Shown here one piece after another: positions 44,750 through 52,429 of a stretch of DNA of 64,000 nucleotides. The stretch is from a virus. Lineage: Duplodnaviria > Caudoviricetes. Each line of letters begins with the position of its first letter. Positions within the stretch are counted from its first letter, which is position 1. The notes under the pieces are model-generated. The model was not told the DNA's origin and did not search any database. It worked only from the letters and a program-made list of their open reading frames with translations. The stretch is taken from IMG/VR virus record IMGVR_UViG_3300027708_000015; one strand, 5' to 3'. A program made the position numbers and the translations under genes.

Positions 44750-46456
44750 TTAAACCTCAAATAGTGATTCGTTTAAGATTGGTTTTGTAGGTTCTTTGAC
44801 AACTTTTTCCATAGTCAAGTCTCCTTCAAATTCGATATGCACATTGGCCATGGTGGTTGCATTAGTGATACGATCACCAGTATTGCCTCTAGTACCGATA
44901 ATACGATCAAAATAGCCTTCGTAGTGTTCTACTACATCCATTGCATCTTTTCTATTATCCATGCTAAAGATCAAATCAACAATGTCTTTGAACTTGTTGG
45001 GTAATGGACTATAGTCCATAGTTCTACCTTCTGCTGTGGTAGCACTCATCATTGCTGGAATACAACCTAGGTCGCTTTGACGATTGGCTTCTTGTACAGC
45101 ATTAATATGCATCCAAACATTATGCCCCATCATGATAGCATAAGTGAAGCTATCCCAACTGGTACGTCCTTCTTTACCAACTTTGTTTACATCGCCTGGT
45201 GCGTAGATACAAATTTCCTTCATTTGTATTTGATCCATGATAGGACTAGATTCAAACTTGTCAAATATGCCATCTTGTACCACTGCATCTTTGAACAGTC
45301 TAGTATCCGACGAATACTTTTTATCATCAGCTGATGCTTGCATACGATACACCCATTTGTCTGCTGGCGGCGTTTCTGTAGCCATATAAATCTGTCCATT
45401 GGCAGTTGCTAAGAATGGACTAGCACAGTCGAAACTGATAGTAAAGTCTGGATTATGATACTTGCGTACAGCACGTTGGATATCTGTTAGTAGCACTGCC
45501 CATTCTAATTTACTGGTACCTAAAAAGTGCATCCAATCTTGGTGTCCTTGTTCCAACAATCCATCAAAGCGCAGTGCTACTAATCGTTTGAGAATCAAGT
45601 GAACATCACACATGTTTTGTCCACCCATACCCCAACCGTTGAATGGCTTGTCGTATTTGGTTGGATCGCAAAAGTCTTTCATTTGCTGATACCAATCTTC
45701 TGCTTGTGTGTGACTCTCACCTTGTAGCACGTTCAAAAACTTACATGCACCTGTACGATTTTTAATAAAGTATTCATTATTGTACTTGGTAGCATCTGCG
45801 GCCTGCTGATATGTTTCTATGCCTGTGGCCTTGCGTCCTTCTGGACTGCGTTCTACCCAAGCTGGAATATCAAGAACCATTCCGTATTCCATGTAAGCAT
45901 CCATCCATGCCAGCACTTGTTCACGTTTTTTCTGTGCGGCATCGAGTCTGGCTTGATACAGTTTAGGATGATCTACTTTGGTAAATTTAGGATTACCATT
46001 TTTATCAGTCTTTGGATGGCCTGTAGGATGTAATTGCGGAACCAGTTCAACACCTAAGGCATTAACTTCGGCCCACTTAGCGGCAACTTCGGGTCCAGTA
46101 GGGTCTCGCCATTCGCCTTCCCACACACCTTTACCAATCTGGAATCCGCCTGAATCTCCAACTACCCAACTAGTGGAGCGATCTCGATTACGGAACATAT
46201 CTTCACTGTCGTCCTTCTTAGTCATGTCTAAGTTAGCATGACCTGCTGAGTACAAGCAATGATCATAGTAGAATATCGCATTGGGATTGAGATAGTTCAT
46301 AGCTTCAATTCCTAACGGTCCAAAACTTGCCGGAATACGAGCTGGATCTACATACGGTCCAAAACGTTGTTTGCCTATGAACGTACTATAAAACCCAGAC
46401 GTAGCTGGCAAAAAGTACGCATAGTCCGATTGAGTTGCTGTTAAATTTTTATTCAT
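44750..46456 (-). CDS. dpdA: TGT-family guanine transglycosylase, DpdA(2)-like DNA 7-deazaguanine insertase
   Basis: VGDSGGFQIG (catalytic Asp motif), MVLDIP, LNVLQG, GWGMGG, MHFLGTS, ISFDCASPF; co-located with folE, queE and a T-fold gene. Confidence 0.85.
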   Translation of the reverse strand: MNKNLTATQSDYAYFLPATSGFYSTFIGKQRFGPYVDPARIPASFGPLGIEAMNYLNPNAIFYYDHCLYSAGHANLDMTKKDDSEDMFRNRDRSTSWVVGDSGGFQIGKGVWEGEWRDPTGPEVAAKWAEVNALGVELVPQLHPTGHPKTDKNGNPKFTKVDHPKLYQARLDAAQKKREQVLAWMDAYMEYGMVLDIPAWVERSPEGRKATGIETYQQAADATKYNNEYFIKNRTGACKFLNVLQGESHTQAEDWYQQMKDFCDPTKYDKPFNGWGMGGQNMCDVHLILKRLVALRFDGLLEQGHQDWMHFLGTSKLEWAVLLTDIQRAVRKYHNPDFTISFDCASPFLATANGQIYMATETPPADKWVYRMQASADDKKYSSDTRLFKDAVVQDGIFDKFESSPIMDQIQMKEICIYAPGDVNKVGKEGRTSWDSFTYAIMMGHNVWMHINAVQEANRQSDLGCIPAMMSATTAEGRTMDYSPLPNKFKDIVDLIFSMDNRKDAMDVVEHYEGYFDRIIGTRGNTGDRITNATTMANVHIEFEGDLTMEKVVKEPTKPILNESLFEV

Positions 46457-46694
46457 CTTTTGTCTTTACCCACATTTCGTAGTATGGATCATATCTCCAC
46501 CCTTCTGGCGGTTCACACGGATCATAGTTTTGTGGATGTGTAAATGGCGTTTTCGCAGGTGAGTGTCGTTTTTTATATCCTGTTCGAATATAGTCACGCA
46601 CTAACTCGTCTGCGTATTGATCCGCCCAAGTGCTTTCCTGTATAATCATTTGATCCAGTGCTGTGCTAGAACCATTAAGCTCAACCATGCCCAC
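46449..46694 (-). CDS. Hypothetical protein
   Basis: 81-aa ORF ending PPEGWRYDPYYEMWV; the true start is probably internal. Confidence 0.45.
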   Translation of the reverse strand: MGMVELNGSSTALDQMIIQESTWADQYADELVRDYIRTGYKKRHSPAKTPFTHPQNYDPCEPPEGWRYDPYYEMWVKTKDE

Positions 46695-46999
46695 ATGGTA
46701 TTAAATCCTACCAGCGTGGGCAATGCTTTTTTACGGCTTGCCCAAATAAGTGTTACGCTGGTTAGCAGTGTTAGGTAATACAATTCCCATATTTGAATAC
46801 CAAAGATTAAACCTGGGATAATGATGATGGCTTTGGCCAACCAACTGACAAATTCTACAGTATTATATCCTGTCCAGTATTCTCGTGTAAACCACATACC
46901 GTAACATTCTCTCATATTGCGCCATCCAGTATGCGTATAGCAAATAGCCATCAATACTAACCATACACCTACTGCTAAAAAAATTTGATCTTGTGTCAT
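46646..46999 (-). CDS. Multi-pass membrane protein
   Basis: Four hydrophobic segments in 117 aa. Confidence 0.65.
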   Translation of the reverse strand: MTQDQIFLAVGVWLVLMAICYTHTGWRNMRECYGMWFTREYWTGYNTVEFVSWLAKAIIIIPGLIFGIQIWELYYLTLLTSVTLIWASRKKALPTLVGFNTMWAWLSLMVLAQHWIK

Positions 47000-47199
47000 T
47001 CTATTTTACCCCATTTAATTTTAAGCCAGATTCTTTCATGTATATAATAATCTATACTTAGGAGAATATGTAGCACAGTGGCAAATCCTGTAGCACTTCC
47101 TAAGTCTCCTGTGAACAAGTATGTCCACAGGATTGTGAATACCCATGCTGTTAAGCGATAGGTAATCATTCTCACAACTGTTCGTTTACGTGTTTCCAT
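46996..47199 (-). CDS. DUF2061-like small membrane protein
   Basis: ETRKRTVVRMITYR...YYIHERIWLKIKWG pattern. Confidence 0.7.
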   Translation of the reverse strand: METRKRTVVRMITYRLTAWVFTILWTYLFTGDLGSATGFATVLHILLSIDYYIHERIWLKIKWGKIE

Positions 47200-47930
47200 T
47201 ATTTGCTTTGCGCTGGCAGGATATATTCGTATACAGCAACTCCACTGTCAATAGTGATAGCCAATGCACCTGCATCTGCAATCTTCATAGTGATATCGCC
47301 TGACAGTGCCAAAATTGCTTGCACAGCATTAACTGGCCATGACCATGTTTGCTTTAGCTTGCCTGTAATCCCACTTTGGAAAGTAAATGATCCTGCGTGT
47401 GTGCTGGCGTCGCCGAAACTAAACACTAGATTGCTACCATTCGTGGACACTTGGAACACCTGTTCTTCAGTATGTGCCGCCGCCTGATACTTCAAGCGTT
47501 GGATACTTGATACAGTAGGCTCAAATTCAACTTCCCAACTTGTTCCTTTGAACTTGACAGTCTTGAGTTTTTCATTGATCACATCTTGATTCATAAAACG
47601 ATAGTCGTTTTCAAAGTCACCAGTTGCATTTTGAAAATGCAAACCTGTTGGAATATCTTCACCATTGCGTTGTTGTTTTACAACCTTGATGCCGGCACCT
47701 TCTTTGTATTCTGGACATTTCAAATGCAAGTCTAGCTTGTTCAAATTAGGCATACCAAATGTGCCTTCAAGTCCGTCGATTGGATTGTGTGATTTGGCAT
47801 TAAGGATAACTGAACGGTCTTCAGCAAGCGATTCTATAGTGGTTGCTTTTGAGCTGGATGTTACCTTGACCAAAGGTAAGAAGCCCAAACTGTGTGTATG
47901 TGCTACTAGGTCTTGTAAAAAGTCTTTCAT
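47199..47930 (-). CDS. DNA polymerase sliding clamp (gp45/PCNA-like)
   Basis: 243 aa with a two-fold alternating alpha/beta pattern, FGMPNLNKL, C-terminal YEYILPA; lies next to the DNA polymerase. Confidence 0.7.
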   Translation of the reverse strand: MKDFLQDLVAHTHSLGFLPLVKVTSSSKATTIESLAEDRSVILNAKSHNPIDGLEGTFGMPNLNKLDLHLKCPEYKEGAGIKVVKQQRNGEDIPTGLHFQNATGDFENDYRFMNQDVINEKLKTVKFKGTSWEVEFEPTVSSIQRLKYQAAAHTEEQVFQVSTNGSNLVFSFGDASTHAGSFTFQSGITGKLKQTWSWPVNAVQAILALSGDITMKIADAGALAITIDSGVAVYEYILPAQSK

Positions 47931-47950
47931 ATGATTCTCCGTGTTTAATG

Positions 47951-47979
47951 ATTATATAGGGTTTGTGTGACTATGTCAA
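47951..47979 (-). promoter_or_regulatory. Perfect sigma70 consensus promoter for the clamp/dpdA operon
   Basis: Minus strand TTGACA tagtcacacaaacccta TATAAT. Confidence 0.85.
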
Positions 47980-48747
47980 TGTTTTTCTTATCTTCTTGTT
48001 GTATTTTATTGCCGATTCTACCAGGGTATTTGATACAGATAGCTTATCGGCGTACTGTATAAATGCGTTTATGTCTTTGGGAAAGCAAGCACCCCCAAAT
48101 CCTCGAGCTCCGTCTGGTCCCGGAACTTGCATATGACTACGTCCAATTCGATCGTCTAATTGTAGTAGACCAACAACAGTGGCATAATCTATATTGTCTG
48201 CTTGACACATATCATATAGTTGATTAAAAAATGTAACTTTGATACTGAGAAACGCATTAATGGTATATTTCATCATGGCCGCTTCACCCAATGTGCAATA
48301 GAACGCTGTTTTCAACTTTGGCAGAGACTGTCTGAATAGGCTGTGCCAAAATCCATTAGGATCATCACCGCCTAGAATCATATTTTGTTGATTAGCAAAG
48401 TCTTGATCGGCAGTGGCCGCACGTAGAAATTCTGGACTGTAACATATTTTATGATTGGGGTAGTCTTTGACCAGTTTATTTAGGTAATCCGGCCTCACAG
48501 TGGATTTAATCAGTACAGGTATATGACTGGGTGTTTGATCCATTACATCATAAATTTGGCTAGTATCACAATCACCCAGTACTGTACTGGGTGTGCTGAC
48601 ACAAATTATAACGCCATCGGCATCTGGATAATCTTTTACTGTTTGCGTACTTATTTTTGGATCAACAACATATACTGTGTTTGTTTTATCTATAGCAGTA
48701 GCAACTGCTTTGCCCACAAATCCATAACCTGCAATTATAATTTTCAT
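47971..48747 (-). CDS. UDP-glucose/GDP-mannose 6-dehydrogenase family (lacking the C-terminal domain)
   Basis: GYGFVGKA Rossmann motif, ICVSTP, IKSTV, SPEFLR, KYTINAFLS, GFGGACFPKD catalytic Cys; start MKIIIAG at 48747. Confidence 0.88.
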   Translation of the reverse strand: MKIIIAGYGFVGKAVATAIDKTNTVYVVDPKISTQTVKDYPDADGVIICVSTPSTVLGDCDTSQIYDVMDQTPSHIPVLIKSTVRPDYLNKLVKDYPNHKICYSPEFLRAATADQDFANQQNMILGGDDPNGFWHSLFRQSLPKLKTAFYCTLGEAAMMKYTINAFLSIKVTFFNQLYDMCQADNIDYATVVGLLQLDDRIGRSHMQVPGPDGARGFGGACFPKDINAFIQYADKLSVSNTLVESAIKYNKKIRKTLT

Positions 48748-48748
48748 A

Positions 48749-51418
48749 TTAGAACTCAAATAATGAATTAAAAGTATTCTTTTCTTCTGTACTGGCAACA
48801 TCCCATTTGAGAACACCAATCAAGTTATCTAGTTTATTATCAATAATGGTCTGTTCCATTTCTGCATGATCAAACGGCAAGTCTTTGAACCATTGTGGCA
48901 GTCGTAGTTCATCTACAGGATATGCAACTGATGTAAAGCCCAGGGGGTTGGGTTTGAGTTTACACACAATAACCTTGGCACCGTCGGTAATGGCCATTGA
49001 ATACTTGTCATCATACATGCGCTTGAGTGTGTTCCAGTTGATACTGGCACGAACATGTCCAGGCATGTTGGCTTTGCCCTGTTTCTTTTCCTTGGCCTGA
49101 TACTCTGTGATGTTGTTGGCACGTTTAGGACTACCTTTTTCCCAACCTGGTCGAGCTTTGAATTTGATACGGAATTCGCTGATATGGTCAAGCACTTCCT
49201 GTTCAGGCTTGCCCATCAATACCATTTCAAGAACATCGCTTAAAAAGTTTTGAATAAATTCCGGAGTGTCACTGCGCTTCAAATCCAAGCCCATGGCTTT
49301 GATCTTGCCAGGCTTGCCATCTATATCCTGACGTTTACCTTCTTTGTCATATGACAGCACTGCATAACGCTTCTTGGTAATAAACAAGCCTTTGAGAGCA
49401 ACAATCTCGCGACCAGCTTTGATAACATCACCACGCGATTTAGGCACATGAAATGCGTCCAGCATAAACTGCGGGAATGTTTGATTGACTTCGTCACCTA
49501 TTTGATCATACAGTTGGATCACAGTTTCTTTTGTCCAAGGAATCAGTCCAGCTTCGATGTCTTTTTGTAGTGTTTTGTAAGCTGAGAAGTAACAGGAGTC
49601 AGTGTCACCATAGATAACTGCCTTACCTATGTGATTGTATTCGCCTGTTACAATTTCATTTACTTTACTCGCCATATGTTTTGCGATTTGGCGCCCGACC
49701 AGCGTTGTTGATTGTCCGATTCGTTTATCAAAGAATCTGCAACCGCTGTTAAGAATAGCACCGTACAGGCTATTAAGATTAATTTTCTTAACAAGCTGTC
49801 GCTTATCCCAGTATTCTTCTTCGACTTTGTTTCCTGCATTGATAGACTCCTTTAGTTTGGCCTGCATCTCTTTACGTTCTGCATACCAGCGTTTAAGTAG
49901 CCCCGGAATGATACCTTCATTTTCGTGACTGAAGATAGTGCCATTACTTGAAAGCATCCAGGGCTGATTGCTTTCAAATATCAATCTATATACTTCTGCG
50001 GCACTGATCACATCGACATCACCGTTTTCCCAATCAATAGTGATGTCAGTGCCAATTTCTTGATTCATCACTGATTCGTATTCATGTGTGCCGAACTTGC
50101 CTTCCCACGCGGCCGCAAAACTCTTGTTCTGCGCCATCTTGAGTTCAATGTATTCGTCAGTGCGTGTTTGACGTAGCTGTCCAATAATGGTTTCTGGACC
50201 CATGTTGAGTGCTCTAATGGCGCTGGGATAAAGACTGTTGATGTCTAGTGAGCCGATCCAATCTTGCAATCCTTCTTTGGGATGTGCCACATAAGCACCA
50301 GCTGCCGCTGTGTTCTCATCTCTATCGTCTTTCTTGATACGATTGGGAACAACAAATCCTCTGCGGTGAGCTTCATTGATAATGGCCTGCTCGGTCACAG
50401 CCACAGCACCCATTGTGGTTTGTAGCAACACAGTATTTTCATGTGCCAATGTATTGGCTAGATCCATGAACTTGAGTTTCTTATCTAATTTTTCAAGAAG
50501 CATACAGTCGTTGATGTTGTATTCAACGAACGTTTTAAAATCGTTGTTGTACAGTTGATCCAGTGTGCCTTCGTACTGTGTTTTGCGCTCACCCAGTTCA
50601 TATTCTGCGATAGCATCTAGCCTGTAGGTGTGACGTTCTTCATAGGTGTACTTGCGATACAGTTCAAGGTAGTCTAGATGTACACGACCAATGTAGTCAT
50701 AGGTCACACTGTCACGACCGTATTTTTCATATTCTCTGCGTTTGGGAAATTGATCGAATAAACAAAACCTACGTGTGTCTTCTTTGCTCAGTGCTTTGAC
50801 TACACGGTTAGTGGTATAGGGAATATCAAAGCCTTCCGAGTTCCAGCCACTGATAACATCTGCATCTTTGATCAGATCCAAAAACATGTCCAGCAAGTCA
50901 GCTTCTTTTTCAAACAGGTACGTGTTGGGAAAGTCTTTGACCATCTCCTTGGCATCTTCCATCTTGAGACCCTTGGGCGGAATAGCTAGACAAACCATAG
51001 TTTCCATCCATTGTAGGTAAACCGCAATGGCAGTAATGGGCATAAATGCATCATCTGGCGATGCATAGCCACGCTCGGGATCAAAGTCTACCTCAATATC
51101 GAAAAATGCCACATTGAGTTTGGGAGGATCTGCGTTGAGATAATTTTCTGACAGGGTAACAAATATGGGATTGATGTCTGCTTCATACAGAGTCTTGCCA
51201 CTGTTGATGGCTTGTTCTTTACGAAGTTCTTTGGTATTTTTACAAACGATCCGTTGTACAGGATCTCCGTATATGGAGGTGTGTTTGCCTCTAGGATCTT
51301 TTACATAGAAAGTGTGACGAACAGGAATATCACGGAACTCCCTTTCACCTTTCTTGTTGCGTTCAACGATCTTGATGATGTCGTTGTCGCGGTCAAACCA
51401 TGCGTCTACGTAAGACAT
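48749..51418 (-). CDS. polB: Family B DNA polymerase (T4 gp43-like)
   Basis: Exo motifs FFDIEVD, GWNSEGFDIPY, YNINDC; polymerase motifs LDINSLYPS, KINLNSLYG, YGDTDS, KKRY. Confidence 0.97.
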   Translation of the reverse strand: MSYVDAWFDRDNDIIKIVERNKKGEREFRDIPVRHTFYVKDPRGKHTSIYGDPVQRIVCKNTKELRKEQAINSGKTLYEADINPIFVTLSENYLNADPPKLNVAFFDIEVDFDPERGYASPDDAFMPITAIAVYLQWMETMVCLAIPPKGLKMEDAKEMVKDFPNTYLFEKEADLLDMFLDLIKDADVISGWNSEGFDIPYTTNRVVKALSKEDTRRFCLFDQFPKRREYEKYGRDSVTYDYIGRVHLDYLELYRKYTYEERHTYRLDAIAEYELGERKTQYEGTLDQLYNNDFKTFVEYNINDCMLLEKLDKKLKFMDLANTLAHENTVLLQTTMGAVAVTEQAIINEAHRRGFVVPNRIKKDDRDENTAAAGAYVAHPKEGLQDWIGSLDINSLYPSAIRALNMGPETIIGQLRQTRTDEYIELKMAQNKSFAAAWEGKFGTHEYESVMNQEIGTDITIDWENGDVDVISAAEVYRLIFESNQPWMLSSNGTIFSHENEGIIPGLLKRWYAERKEMQAKLKESINAGNKVEEEYWDKRQLVKKINLNSLYGAILNSGCRFFDKRIGQSTTLVGRQIAKHMASKVNEIVTGEYNHIGKAVIYGDTDSCYFSAYKTLQKDIEAGLIPWTKETVIQLYDQIGDEVNQTFPQFMLDAFHVPKSRGDVIKAGREIVALKGLFITKKRYAVLSYDKEGKRQDIDGKPGKIKAMGLDLKRSDTPEFIQNFLSDVLEMVLMGKPEQEVLDHISEFRIKFKARPGWEKGSPKRANNITEYQAKEKKQGKANMPGHVRASINWNTLKRMYDDKYSMAITDGAKVIVCKLKPNPLGFTSVAYPVDELRLPQWFKDLPFDHAEMEQTIIDNKLDNLIGVLKWDVASTEEKNTFNSLFEF

Positions 51419-51433
51419 ATACTTTCTTCTCCA

Positions 51434-51451
51434 TGCAATTTACGGCTTGCA
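51434..51451 (-). promoter_or_regulatory. Candidate translational operator hairpin abutting the polymerase RBS
   Basis: Minus strand TGCAA-GCCGTAAA-TTGCA (5-bp stem, 8-nt loop), then T-GGAG and the ATG 10 nt later. Confidence 0.35.
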
Positions 51452-51494
51452 AACACCATCTTTGCTGTTTATGGCCAGCGGGCCTTACATTTAT

Positions 51495-52079
51495 TTACTC
51501 TGCAAATCCAGCAGTGAATTTTTCTGGCAATGTGTTGAATGAAATAGTAATTCTAGTAGCATTGCCGTAATGTCCGTCTGTATAGTGTTGTACATAACTT
51601 GGAAAAATCACCATTAACCCCTGCTTTGGTGTTATAGTAAGTCTATCAAAATTATTGACAATTGGAATCTCTATACTTGACAAGCTTCTAGCGTACACTG
51701 GGTCTAGGAATTTAGTATCTGCACCTTCACTGATGTAAATTATTCCACTCCACAACGAGTTAGGATGTCTGTGTACTGAATGCCCACCACCACTTCCGGC
51801 TAGTGAAATATTTGCCCACATTCTAGAAATTTTAATTTTTCCAAAATTTTGATCATGTATTTCATAATCTTGAATCTCTTGCAAACATAAATTCACCCAA
51901 TCGACCAAAAACTTCCAACTAGGATCTTTGTGCAATTCTTGATTATATGTTTGATTCAAACTGGGGTAGTTATGACTAATGCCGTTAGGCTCCGAAGCCA
52001 GTTTAATGTTAACTGCCTCGGAAATTTCAGGATTAGTGAAAGAATAAAATGATACAGGAAAACAGTTACTAACTTCCAT
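51495..52079 (-). CDS. Putative 2OG-Fe(II) oxygenase (TIGR02466-like)
   Basis: HRHPNSLWSGIIYI, PKQGLMVIFPSYVQH, RITISFN. Confidence 0.8.
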   Translation of the reverse strand: MEVSNCFPVSFYSFTNPEISEAVNIKLASEPNGISHNYPSLNQTYNQELHKDPSWKFLVDWVNLCLQEIQDYEIHDQNFGKIKISRMWANISLAGSGGGHSVHRHPNSLWSGIIYISEGADTKFLDPVYARSLSSIEIPIVNNFDRLTITPKQGLMVIFPSYVQHYTDGHYGNATRITISFNTLPEKFTAGFAE

Positions 52080-52336
52080 TAGATTTTTTTGGTAATATCT
52101 AAAATAGCTTCAATTTCTGCCCAGTCTTCATTGTGACTGGTCCAATCGCCTTTGTGTGCAATCTTGATAGCACGGTTGATAACTGATGGCTTGATTTGTA
52201 ATTCTTCTGCCACTGCCTTGACTGTTTCTTTTAGGCCTTCTGATAGGTCTTCTACTTCACGAAGTACTGTAGATCCTTCGTTGATCAATCGTTCTAGTTT
52301 TGCCTTTTCTTCTGGCCCGTAATTGCGTCCTGACAT
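52079..52336 (-). CDS. T4 DsbA-like double-stranded DNA-binding protein
   Basis: 85-aa helical protein, LKETVKAVAEELQIKPSVINRAIKIAHK pattern; follows a perfect sigma70 promoter. Confidence 0.65.
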   Translation of the reverse strand: MSGRNYGPEEKAKLERLINEGSTVLREVEDLSEGLKETVKAVAEELQIKPSVINRAIKIAHKGDWTSHNEDWAEIEAILDITKKI

Positions 52337-52357
52337 GAATTATCTCCTATATTGCCT

Positions 52358-52386
52358 ATTATATACTAATTATCTGTACTTGTCAA
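52358..52386 (-). promoter_or_regulatory. Perfect sigma70 consensus promoter for the DsbA-like/oxygenase/polymerase operon
   Basis: Minus strand TTGACA agtacagataattagta TATAAT. Confidence 0.85.
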
Positions 52387-52399
52387 ATTTTAGAGGTGG

Positions 52400-52425
52400 A
52401 AATGGCAGAAATTAATCTGCCATTT
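52400..52425. terminator. 10-bp inverted repeat ending the late internal-protein block
   Basis: AAATGGCAGA-aattaa-TCTGCCATTT, immediately downstream of the 52430 stop codon. Confidence 0.7.
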
Positions 52426-52429
52426 GACT

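Noticed and set aside
37048-46456. Host-type queuosine tRNA-modification operon
   Set aside because: There is no queA, queG or queF, the transglycosylase is long and divergent rather than a canonical Tgt, and the context is a phage genome; DNA modification is more consistent.
48749-51418. Possible intein or intron in the DNA polymerase
   Set aside because: 889 aa is a normal length, all motifs are contiguous, and there is no intein splice motif or LAGLIDADG insert.
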